Positions 45,510 to 54,014 of a stretch of DNA of 64,000 nt are shown here, in pieces. Origin of the DNA: a bacterium (GTDB taxonomy: Bacteria > Patescibacteriota > Patescibacteriia > UBA1558 > GWA2-36-10); contig JABIAL010000016.1 in NCBI GenBank assembly GCA_018653315.1, positions 3,433 through 67,432 of the forward strand, given 5' to 3'. How positions within the stretch are numbered: position 1 is the first letter of the stretch; each line of letters starts with the position of its first letter. The position numbers and the translations under genes were made by a program. The notes beneath the pieces were generated by a model that was not told the origin of the DNA, made no database searches, and saw only the letters and a program-made list of their open reading frames with translations.

Positions 45510-48314
45510 ATGTCCAATGAACAATTTGCTGGCCAAAACGTCGGCTTTAAACAAAAGTTCACTAAGCGTCGAGTTGTAGTCACAATGTTATTTATGCTTG
45601 GTGCTTATGCAGCTATCCAAAGTGTAGTTAGTTTTGGTAAAACTGAAGACACAGTAGTTGAGCCATCTGATAAAGTGGTAAAACAAGTTGAGGTTAAGAA
45701 AGACATGCTTCATGTTGTTCCTCCAGCTCCAACAAAATTAAAAACTGACAATGAAGGTGATATTGATGTGGAATCTTACGGTTTATTTGGTTACGTGCCA
45801 AATGATAATGTTCCACTGGTCCCAGTTCCAGTAGTTGAAGTTGAAGAAGAGGAATTAGATTTAACAGACTTGACTGTTGATGACTGCATAGAAGCTGATA
45901 TTGTCATGGCTAGTATAAATCCTGAAGACATCAATGATGCTATGGTAGCGCAATGTTTGATTTTATGGGAAGATTTGCAAGATTTATTAGATGAAGTTGA
46001 TGAAGAAGTAGCTACAACAACTCCTACTACTACACCGAGAAGAGGCGGTGGTGGAGGCGGGGGTGGAACTGATAATCCTCCTGAAGAAGATCCGCTATCT
46101 ACTAATTCCGATTTAGGTATTTTCGATGTAGACAAAATAAACATTTTGCCATTTGATGGTTTGCGAGTAGCAGATTTTGATGAAGACGGCGCAACTTTGT
46201 TAGTAGACGATTATTTTTGTAAAGAAACTGAATTAACTGCTTGGCCTTGTTTTCATCCGGGTAAGCCTCTGATGGGTGTTTTTCTGGCTGCTGCTGATGA
46301 AAAGAGTAGTTATGCTAGAGTTGAGATCGAACGTAATAATCCTTTATTGTTAGAATATAGCCCAGCTAGAGTGTGGGAAAATGATGAAATCTCTAAGTTA
46401 GCAAAGGAGGAAATTTTGCCAGGCGACATCATTCGAGTGACTGCCATTGCCGAAGATGGTGTTAGTCAGAGCTTATTTAAATTAAACGTCGATGCCTTAG
46501 CCAGTGATGCTAATTTGAATATTTTTGATGTTGATTTTGTTGATGTGCTACCATTTGATGGTTTGCAAGTTAAAAAATTTGATGATCCAGGTGCCATCTT
46601 AAACATGTATAATTATCTCTGCGATCCATCTGTAGTTGGTCCAGAGCCTTGCGTGGGTGGTATTGGCGAGAGAATTACCTTGAGCGGCCTAATGCTACAA
46701 GCTAGAGATAGAAATATTAGCCATAGTAAGGTTGAAATTGAACGTAGAAGTCCATTTTCTTTTTGGGACACACCAATAAAAATCTGGGAAGGCAAAGAGA
46801 TCGACCAATTAAGAGATATGCAGATTTGGCCAGACGATATCATTAGAGTAACAATTGTTGCTGAAAATGGTCGGGCAGAAAATTTATTTAAATTGAGCGT
46901 TGTCAATCAAACAGATAATGCTGATTTAAGCCAATTTAATATTGGTACCTCTCCAGTTCTAGAGTGGCCAAATATTGAAGTGAAAGATATTAATAGTTTA
47001 GGTGCTATAGCTAATATTTGTCCAGAAAATATAAATGGTGAAGCAAGTCCTTATTTTACTTGTATTACTACTTTGGATGGAGTGTTTATCACACCAGAAG
47101 ATGAAGATGTTAGAAATATTACAGTTTCTATTTATCATGAAAATCTAATCAGTAAAGCTATATTTGTACCAGAAAAGTTTGACTTCTTTGAAGGTGAAGA
47201 AGAAATAAAACAATTAGAAAAATATCAACTTGTGCAAGACGATATGATTTTTGTGCAAGTTACAGCTGAAGATGGAGCCACAATCAAAAATTATAAAATT
47301 CAAGTTATTGAAGGTGATTATACGGAGAATGTAAGTTTGGCAGCATTTACCGTAGGTGGTATTAATGCTTTAGCCTTACCAAATGTAGAAATAGCTGGTT
47401 GGTATGACCAAGGAGCAGTAATTGAACTTTGTAATCCAACTCGTGCTACAGCTGATTGCATAGAAAGTTTAGAAGGCATTATCGTAAAAACAGAAGAAGA
47501 TACAATGTATCGCGGTGTTTATATTGAAAGAGATGGAGATGCAAATTCATTAATTTGGGTCAATGATCAAATAGATGGACTTGTAAACTTTGAAGTTTTA
47601 CCAAACGATATTATTCGTGTAGTGGTTGTAGCTAGCAATGGTAAGGCATTGGGCTTTTATAAGGTATCTGTTATATATCAAACTAGAAATGATATATTAT
47701 TATCTGAATTTACAATAGATACACATAATGCTTTGTTATTACCAGATGTAAAGATAGATAATCTTTCTGATGCTGGCGCTACATTGTTTGTACCAACAGA
47801 AGAAGTTATCCCTTGTTCATCTAATAGAGCCGAAGGTTGCACCACCATTGATCTCACTGGTATTTATGCTGCGCAGGCACTCAAAGATGTGGATATTACA
47901 GTTTATACTTTTCATGATTATTGGTCTACTTGGGTAGGTGAAGAGGGCATAGGTCAATTAGTGGATCATGAATTAGCCATTGGTGATATGGTTGCTGTGC
48001 TACTAAAGGAAGAGAATGGTTTACAGCAAACTTTATATAAAGTTACCATTGCAGAAAAGTCAGTAGAGCCTCTAGTGATCAAGAAATTCTATCCTAGCAA
48101 ATTTATTGGCGGTGGCGGATCAGTAGCACCTGTAAAGAAAAAGCCTTTAGAAGAAACAGATTTTTCTAATATTCAAGATCAGGAATTGAAAAAAGAAGAG
48201 GTTGTTAATGAGATAGAAGTGGAAAAAACTCCAGAACCACAACCTGATACTGATGATGTTAAAATAATCAAAGAGCCTATTGTTGTGAAAGAAACAGAGG
48301 AAACAGAGGAATAA
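45510..48314 (+). CDS. large acidic membrane-anchored repeat protein, paralog B
   Basis: 934 aa with the same architecture as paralog A: TM anchor, LTVDDCIEADIVMASINPEDINDA block, TTTPTTTPRRGGGGGGGGT linker, at least six modules, and an IGGGGS...KKKP C-terminal tail. Confidence 0.7.
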   Translation: MSNEQFAGQNVGFKQKFTKRRVVVTMLFMLGAYAAIQSVVSFGKTEDTVVEPSDKVVKQVEVKKDMLHVVPPAPTKLKTDNEGDIDVESYGLFGYVPNDNVPLVPVPVVEVEEEELDLTDLTVDDCIEADIVMASINPEDINDAMVAQCLILWEDLQDLLDEVDEEVATTTPTTTPRRGGGGGGGGTDNPPEEDPLSTNSDLGIFDVDKINILPFDGLRVADFDEDGATLLVDDYFCKETELTAWPCFHPGKPLMGVFLAAADEKSSYARVEIERNNPLLLEYSPARVWENDEISKLAKEEILPGDIIRVTAIAEDGVSQSLFKLNVDALASDANLNIFDVDFVDVLPFDGLQVKKFDDPGAILNMYNYLCDPSVVGPEPCVGGIGERITLSGLMLQARDRNISHSKVEIERRSPFSFWDTPIKIWEGKEIDQLRDMQIWPDDIIRVTIVAENGRAENLFKLSVVNQTDNADLSQFNIGTSPVLEWPNIEVKDINSLGAIANICPENINGEASPYFTCITTLDGVFITPEDEDVRNITVSIYHENLISKAIFVPEKFDFFEGEEEIKQLEKYQLVQDDMIFVQVTAEDGATIKNYKIQVIEGDYTENVSLAAFTVGGINALALPNVEIAGWYDQGAVIELCNPTRATADCIESLEGIIVKTEEDTMYRGVYIERDGDANSLIWVNDQIDGLVNFEVLPNDIIRVVVVASNGKALGFYKVSVIYQTRNDILLSEFTIDTHNALLLPDVKIDNLSDAGATLFVPTEEVIPCSSNRAEGCTTIDLTGIYAAQALKDVDITVYTFHDYWSTWVGEEGIGQLVDHELAIGDMVAVLLKEENGLQQTLYKVTIAEKSVEPLVIKKFYPSKFIGGGGSVAPVKKKPLEETDFSNIQDQELKKEEVVNEIEVEKTPEPQPDTDDVKIIKEPIVVKETEETEE

Positions 48315-48325
48315 ATTATATTTAG

Positions 48326-48360
48326 AGCCGGCTCCCGCAATGCGGGAGCCGGTCTTTTGT
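48326..48360 (+). terminator. strong GC hairpin terminator
   Basis: gagccggctcccgc-aat-gcgggagccggtc followed by ttttgtttg. Confidence 0.75.
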
Positions 48361-48395
48361 TTGACTCTTCGACTACGCTCAGAGTCTGCGCTAGC

Positions 48396-48425
48396 TTGAC
48401 AAAATTTAGCATTCCTGTTTATATA
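48396..48425 (+). promoter_or_regulatory. sigma70 promoter (TTGACA-18-TATATA) for the structured leader/sRNA and tRNA-Asn
   Basis: ttgaca at 48396-48401 and tatata at 48420-48425. Confidence 0.5.
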
Positions 48426-48431
48426 TAGATA

Positions 48432-48548
48432 TGACTTACCAAAAATACAATAATTCTAATAATAATGATAATAACCGATTGATAGACCGGTAATTTTTGG
48501 TATTTAATTTAAATTGCTAAGCCGGTCTTAAAATGATCGGTTTTTTTG
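48432..48548 (+). ncRNA. candidate structured leader or small RNA immediately upstream of tRNA-Asn
   Basis: A 9-bp long-range stem (accaaaaat / atttttggt) encloses an AT-rich loop. It is followed by the hairpin ccggtc-ttaaaat-gatcgg plus ttttttt, which ends 8 nt before the tRNA. Confidence 0.3.
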
Positions 48549-48555
48549 TATTTAT

Positions 48556-48630
48556 TGCCAGGTAGTTCAATGGTAGAACGCTGCACTGTTAATGCAGATG
48601 TTACAGGTTCGAGTCCTGTCCTGGCAGCCA
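48556..48630 (+). tRNA. tRNA-Asn (anticodon GUU), CCA encoded
   Basis: Acceptor tgccagg/cctggca; anticodon stem ctgca/tgcag with loop ctGTTaa; T-loop ttcgagt; discriminator g. Confidence 0.85.
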
Positions 48631-48713
48631 TCCTTCGACTCCGCTCAGGATGACAAAATTCCTTGTATTTTTCTCTGATTTTAGGTATTATTTAATAAAT
48701 TATTATAAAAATT

Positions 48714-50003
48714 ATGGAACAAGTTTCAATCAAAGATTTGTCACAGTTTGTTGATCAAGAAGTAGAAATTAAAGCTTGGGTATCCAACTTTCGTTCATCT
48801 GGAAAGATTGCCTTTTGGCAATTAAGAGACGGGGCTGGTTTTGCTCAGGCTATTTTAAATTCAACAGATTTAGATGAAGTAAAATGGCAGGAAGCACAAA
48901 AAGTCACTTTAGAGACTTCTGTTAAAATTATTGGTAAAGTTTCTAAACATCCCAAAAAAGAAGAATATGAAATTCAAGTTACAGATTTTGAATTTTATCA
49001 GATAGCAGAGGAGTATCCTATTGCTAAAAAAGACCATGGTGTAGATTTTCTTTTAGATAATAGACATTTATGGTTACGTTCTTCCAAGCAATGGGCAATT
49101 CAAAGAGTACGTAATACTTTGATTTCAGCTACTTATGATTTTTTTAGAGAAAATGATTTTATTAAAATTGATTCTCCAATTTTGACGCCAAATGCTTGTG
49201 AAGGCACAACTGAATTATTTGAGTTAGATTATTTTGATAATACTGCTTATTTATCTCAAAGTGGTCAGCTTTATTTAGAAGCTGCAATTTTTGCTCACAA
49301 GAATGTTTTTGATTTCGGTCCAGTGTTTAGAGCAGAAAAATCTAAGACTCGTCGTCATTTGACTGAGTTTTGGATGATGGATGCAGAAATGGCTTTTATT
49401 GATTTAGCAGAAAACTTGCAAGTGCAAGAAGATTTAGTTCGCTTTATGGTGACGGCTGTTTTAGAGAAGAATAAAGCTGAACTTGAAATTTTAGAAAGAG
49501 ATATTAAACCTTTAGAAAATATTATTAAGCCTTTTTATAAAATAACATACACTGAAGCGGTAAATAAATTACAAGAATTAGGTTCAGATATTAAAGATGG
49601 AGCTGACCTGGGAGCTGATGATGAAACAAAATTAACCCAAGAATATGATAACCCAATTTTTATTACTCATTATCCCGCAGCTATTAAGTCTTTTTATATG
49701 AAAAGAGACGAGCAAGATGAAACAAAGGCTTTGTGTGCCGATTTATTAGCTCCTGAAGGTTATGGAGAGATTAGCGGTGGTTCACAAAGAGAAGATGATT
49801 ATAATGTTTTATTGAAGCGCATTAAAGAACATAAATTATCCGTTGAAGATTTTCAATGGTATTTAGATTTACGTAAATATGGTTCTGTGCCACATGGAGG
49901 ATTTGGCTTTGGTTTAGAGCGTATTGTTACTTGGGTTTGTGGTATTCAACATGTTAGAGAAACCATTCCATTTCCAAGAACAATTTATAGAATTAAACCT
50001 TAG
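48714..50003 (+). CDS. asnS: asparagine--tRNA ligase
   Basis: Class IIb aaRS with OB fold. Motif 2 FRAEKSKTRRHLTEFWMMDAEMAF is AsnRS-type. Motif 3 GGFGFGLERIV. 429 aa. It lies directly after tRNA-Asn. Confidence 0.85.
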   Translation: MEQVSIKDLSQFVDQEVEIKAWVSNFRSSGKIAFWQLRDGAGFAQAILNSTDLDEVKWQEAQKVTLETSVKIIGKVSKHPKKEEYEIQVTDFEFYQIAEEYPIAKKDHGVDFLLDNRHLWLRSSKQWAIQRVRNTLISATYDFFRENDFIKIDSPILTPNACEGTTELFELDYFDNTAYLSQSGQLYLEAAIFAHKNVFDFGPVFRAEKSKTRRHLTEFWMMDAEMAFIDLAENLQVQEDLVRFMVTAVLEKNKAELEILERDIKPLENIIKPFYKITYTEAVNKLQELGSDIKDGADLGADDETKLTQEYDNPIFITHYPAAIKSFYMKRDEQDETKALCADLLAPEGYGEISGGSQREDDYNVLLKRIKEHKLSVEDFQWYLDLRKYGSVPHGGFGFGLERIVTWVCGIQHVRETIPFPRTIYRIKP

Positions 50004-50126
50004 GATAACTCGCTTCGGCGAGTTGACGCCGAGATAGCTCCTGCCTACGCTACCGTGCTTCGCCATAGCGGCTACGCGACGGCAAGAAGCTTAGGCAAGG
50101 CAGGCAGTTGGCGGGGGATAATTTTT

Positions 50127-50203
50127 GCCGATGTAGCTCAGCTGGCTAGAGCAATTCTCTCGTAAAGAATAGGTCACCAGTTCGATTCTGGTCATCGGCT
50201 CCA
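50127..50203 (+). tRNA. tRNA-Thr (anticodon CGU), CCA encoded
   Basis: Acceptor gccgatg/catcggc; anticodon stem attct/agaat with loop ctCGTaa; T-loop ttcgatt. Confidence 0.85.
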
Positions 50204-50233
50204 TTAAATTTAGAAGATTTAGAATAAAATATT

Positions 50234-51646
50234 ATGAAAAATTACATTAAAGAAACAGTAGATTTAAAAGCAGGCGCTGAAGTCAATTTAAAAGGCTGGG
50301 TGCATGTTTACCGTCGGATGGGTAAAATGGGTTTTATAGAACTGAGAGATTCTACTGGAATCATCCAGGTTGTTTGTGTGCCAGGTGAAATGACAGTTGG
50401 TGCAGATATTTTGGATGATGTTCGTCCAGAGTTTGTCGTCAGCATCAAAGGCGTGATCCAAGAACGCGGGGCAAAACAACAACGCGAAGATCAATTAACT
50501 GGTAAGATAGAAATTTTAGCTAAAGAATTATCAGTTATTTCTGAATCTGAAACGCCACCATTTGAAATCGTCAATGAAGATAGACAAGCCAATGAAGAGC
50601 TTAGATTGAAACATAGATATTTAGATTTACGTCATGAAAGAATGGCTAATAATATCAAGATGAGACACAAAGTCATTCATTTTTTTAGAAATTATTTGAC
50701 AGATAATGGTTTCACAGAAGTTCAAACTCCTATTTTGTCCAAGTCTACACCAGAGGGCGCTAGAGATTATTTAGTACCATCTCGTTTACATAAAGGTAGT
50801 TTTTTTGCTTTACCACAAGCTCCGCAGCAATACAAGCAGCTTTTGATGATCGCTGGCTTAGAAAAATATTTTCAAGTTGCTCCATGTTTTAGAGATGAAG
50901 ATGCAAGGGCAGATAGAAGTCCGGGTGAGTTTTATCAATTAGATATGGAAATGTCTTTCATGACCCAGGAAGAAATAATGGATTTAACTGAAGACATGTT
51001 TACTACTATGGTAGAAAAATTATTTCCAGAAAAGAAAATAACGCAAAAACCTTGGCCTAGATTAGATTATGATGATGTGATGAAGGAGTATAGTACTGAT
51101 AAGCCTGATTTGAGAAAAGATAAAAATGATCCAAATGAATTAGCCTTTGCTTGGACTATAAATTTTCCATTATTTGTAAAACAAACCGATGAAGATAAAT
51201 TTATCGGTGCTGGAGATACTTGGGGACCATCTCATAATATGTTTACTGCTCCAAAAGAAGAGGATGTAAAATTATTAGATAAAAGTCCTGAAAAAGTAAA
51301 ATCCTATCAACATGATTTAGTTTTAAACGGATTTGAGGTTGGTGGAGGAGCTGTTCGTATTCATGATATCAAATTGCAAGAAAAGATTTGGGATTTAATT
51401 GGTTTCTCAGAAGAGCAAAAAAAACAATTTCAACATTATCTGGAAGCTTTTAAATATGGTGTGCCACCACACGGCGGCATTGCTCCCGGTATAGATAGAT
51501 TGTTAATGGTTTTATTGGCTGAGAAAAATCTTAAAGAAGTAACCGCCTTTCCTTTGACTTCTGATGGACATGATCCTTTGATGGATTCACCAAGTGAAGT
51601 TTCTAAAGAACAGCTAGATGAATTAGGTTTAAGTTTGAAGAAATAA
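50234..51646 (+). CDS. aspS: aspartate--tRNA ligase (short form lacking the bacterial GAD insertion)
   Basis: Motif 2 CFRDEDARADRSPGEFYQLDMEMSF is AspRS-type. Motif 3 GGIAPGIDRLLM. 470 aa. Confidence 0.85.
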   Translation: MKNYIKETVDLKAGAEVNLKGWVHVYRRMGKMGFIELRDSTGIIQVVCVPGEMTVGADILDDVRPEFVVSIKGVIQERGAKQQREDQLTGKIEILAKELSVISESETPPFEIVNEDRQANEELRLKHRYLDLRHERMANNIKMRHKVIHFFRNYLTDNGFTEVQTPILSKSTPEGARDYLVPSRLHKGSFFALPQAPQQYKQLLMIAGLEKYFQVAPCFRDEDARADRSPGEFYQLDMEMSFMTQEEIMDLTEDMFTTMVEKLFPEKKITQKPWPRLDYDDVMKEYSTDKPDLRKDKNDPNELAFAWTINFPLFVKQTDEDKFIGAGDTWGPSHNMFTAPKEEDVKLLDKSPEKVKSYQHDLVLNGFEVGGGAVRIHDIKLQEKIWDLIGFSEEQKKQFQHYLEAFKYGVPPHGGIAPGIDRLLMVLLAEKNLKEVTAFPLTSDGHDPLMDSPSEVSKEQLDELGLSLKK

Positions 51647-51654
51647 AATAAATA

Positions 51655-52371
51655 ATGCATAAAATTTCTTTAGAGCAATTTGAAGGTCCCTTGGATCTTC
51701 TCTTGCAACTAATCGAAAAACAAAAATTACAAATCACCGAAATTTCTTTAGCCAAGATTACTGATCAGTACTTGGACTATATAGATAACAGTGAGGATAT
51801 TGCCAGCGAAGAAGTGGCAGATTTTTTGTTAATTGCCTCCAAGCTTATTTATTTGAAATCAAAACATTTATTACCGAATTTAGAATTAGAAGCTGACGAA
51901 GATGTTCAGAATTTAGAAAAACAATTGAAGATTTATCGTCAGTACTATGATGCTAGTAAATATATTCAGAAAATGTGGAATACAGATAAGAGAACTTTTG
52001 TTCGTATTACGCCCTACAAGTTACCGAAAGAAGAAGGTTTTGCACCACCGACAAACATAGAAACTAATATCATGGCGGAAGTTTTCCAGATTGTTTTGAA
52101 TAGAATTCAGAGAATAGTGAATTTACCAAAAGTAATAATGGCTAAGGCTATTTCTATTGGAGAGAAAATTTTACATATCAAAGATTTGATTAAAAATAGT
52201 TCTAAACTTACATTTACTCAGCTGATCAATGGCAAAAAAGATAAGACAGAAGCTGTAGTTAGTTTTTTAGCAATGTTAGAATTAGTAAAACAAAGAGAAA
52301 TCGAAGTCAGTCAAGATTCACTTTTTGCTGAAGTAAATATTTCTCACAATGGCGACGGAATTAAATTTTAG
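51655..52371 (+). CDS. scpA: segregation and condensation protein A
   Basis: The N-terminal FEGPLDLLLQLIEKQKLQITEISLAKITDQYLDYI is the ScpA signature. Confidence 0.8.
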   Translation: MHKISLEQFEGPLDLLLQLIEKQKLQITEISLAKITDQYLDYIDNSEDIASEEVADFLLIASKLIYLKSKHLLPNLELEADEDVQNLEKQLKIYRQYYDASKYIQKMWNTDKRTFVRITPYKLPKEEGFAPPTNIETNIMAEVFQIVLNRIQRIVNLPKVIMAKAISIGEKILHIKDLIKNSSKLTFTQLINGKKDKTEAVVSFLAMLELVKQREIEVSQDSLFAEVNISHNGDGIKF

Positions 52372-52378
52372 ATAACAT

Positions 52379-52897
52379 ATGTCAGAAAACAAAAAAATAT
52401 GCATAACATTTGCAGGTGCAGTTGGTAGTTCAAAAACACCAATAGCTAATTATTTAAGCACGAAATTATCGTTACCTGTTTTTAATAATGATGCTATACG
52501 TTCTGAAATAATAGAGGATTTAGGTGTTTTTAATGATAATGAACATGCCAAAAGACGTAACGCCAGATTAGGGGAAATTATCAAAAATGGGCATTTTTTT
52601 ATTTGTGATGCAAGTATTGATAGAGAATGGACAGATTTTAAGGAGCAATTAATTTCGCATGGTTATGATTTTTTTATTATTAGCATCGACTTAAGTAAAA
52701 ATTTATTAACAAAATTTTACAAGGCTAAAAAATATCTTGAGTCTTTAGAACGTATTGATGAATTAATTCAAGATCATGATAATTTCTTAAGTCAGTATTC
52801 AGATGATATTAATATACATATTACAGATAAAAATTTCATAAATAGAATGCAAATTGCTTACGATGAAGTTAGTAAATACTTAGAATCAAAAGATTAA
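52379..52897 (+). CDS. P-loop NTPase, small-kinase-like (AAA_33/zeta-toxin-like fold); hypothetical
   Basis: Walker A GAVGSSKT at residues 13-20; 172 aa. Inserted between scpA and scpB. Confidence 0.5.
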   Translation: MSENKKICITFAGAVGSSKTPIANYLSTKLSLPVFNNDAIRSEIIEDLGVFNDNEHAKRRNARLGEIIKNGHFFICDASIDREWTDFKEQLISHGYDFFIISIDLSKNLLTKFYKAKKYLESLERIDELIQDHDNFLSQYSDDINIHITDKNFINRMQIAYDEVSKYLESKD

Positions 52898-52934
52898 ATT
52901 TTAAATAAAACATAATCCAATAATCAATAAAATT

Positions 52935-53429
52935 ATGAAAAAAACAATTTTAATTTTAGCGGTCATTATTATTCTAGGCGGTGTCTGGTGGTGGCAACAA
53001 CAATCCCCAGTAACAGAAACACAAGATGAGGTTGCTAAAGCAACAGATAGTTGGTTAACTTACGAGCGCAATGAGGAAAATTTTAGAAATTACCAAATAA
53101 AGTATCCTGATACATGGACATTGGTTAAGAGTGATGAAGTACATTTCGAAATTGAAGATGCTCAAGGGTCTACATTGAGTATCAATGTTCCACCACTTGG
53201 ATTTGGTTTTTTAGCAGAATCCTCAGATGGAATAATAATTGATGGTAATAATGCTAGCATGGTTTATTCGTCTTATGGAAAAAATTCAGGGCACGATGGA
53301 ATAAGTGTACAATTTGAAGATGAGAAATTTAATGATATTCAAATCTATTATGATTTTGATGAAAATGAAGTAGATAAATATACAGCTTTACTAGAAGAAA
53401 TGCTGGCTACTTTTAAATTCGTAGAATAA
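52935..53429 (+). CDS. hypothetical secreted/membrane-anchored protein
   Basis: 164 aa with N-terminal anchor ILILAVIIILGGVWWW. Confidence 0.5.
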   Translation: MKKTILILAVIIILGGVWWWQQQSPVTETQDEVAKATDSWLTYERNEENFRNYQIKYPDTWTLVKSDEVHFEIEDAQGSTLSINVPPLGFGFLAESSDGIIIDGNNASMVYSSYGKNSGHDGISVQFEDEKFNDIQIYYDFDENEVDKYTALLEEMLATFKFVE

Positions 53430-53441
53430 TTTTTATAAAAT

Positions 53442-54014
53442 ATGTCAGAAAACAAAAATTTATCAGTTGTAGAAAGTTTATTGCTCGCTGCGGGCAAGCC
53501 TTTGAGTTTCAAAGAAATTGCTAGCGTGGCAGATGTTGATGTGAATAAAGTCTCGGATTTAGCAGAAAGTTTGCAAGAGAAATACAATAAAGATGAAAGT
53601 GGAATTCATGTAACTGTTAATAATAATAAAATTCAGTTTGTAACTAACACTGTTAATACTGATGCTTTGCAATCTTATCTCAAAGATGAAACAACTGGTG
53701 AGTTGAGCAAGCCTTCTTTGGAGACACTGACTATTGTCGCATATCGACAACCAATTTCTAAAGAAGAATTAGAACAAATTCGTGGCGTAAATTGTAGCGT
53801 AATTTTACGTAATTTATTAATCCGCGGTTTAGTAGAAGCTCGAGAGAATAAAGATGATCTAGTGCCCATGTATTCAGTAACAATAGATTTCTTGCGTCAT
53901 TTAGGAATTGATTCAGTAGAACAATTGCCAGATTTTGCCAAATTAAACAGCGATGAAAATTTACAAGCTTTAATAGAAGGAACTAAGTCAGAAGATAAAC
54001 CAGAAGAAGAATGA
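53442..54014 (+). CDS. scpB: segregation and condensation protein B
   Basis: The wHTH tandem (VESLLLAAGKPLSFKEIA...; ...LETLTIVAYRQPISKEELEQIRGV) is typical of ScpB. Confidence 0.8.
   Translation: MSENKNLSVVESLLLAAGKPLSFKEIASVADVDVNKVSDLAESLQEKYNKDESGIHVTVNNNKIQFVTNTVNTDALQSYLKDETTGELSKPSLETLTIVAYRQPISKEELEQIRGVNCSVILRNLLIRGLVEARENKDDLVPMYSVTIDFLRHLGIDSVEQLPDFAKLNSDENLQALIEGTKSEDKPEEE

Noticed and set aside
43719-46144. Minus-strand ORFs 43719..44027 and 45791..46144 rich in Gly/Pro/Val/Ser
   Set aside because: They mirror the Thr/Pro/Gly linker and acidic repeat region of the plus-strand surface-protein genes and are low-complexity antisense artefacts.
48631-48713. T-box riboswitch upstream of asnS
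   Set aside because: Only about 80 nt are available. There is no specifier-loop or T-box consensus (AATTAGGGTGGNACCGCG), and AsnRS genes are not typical T-box targets in such compact form.
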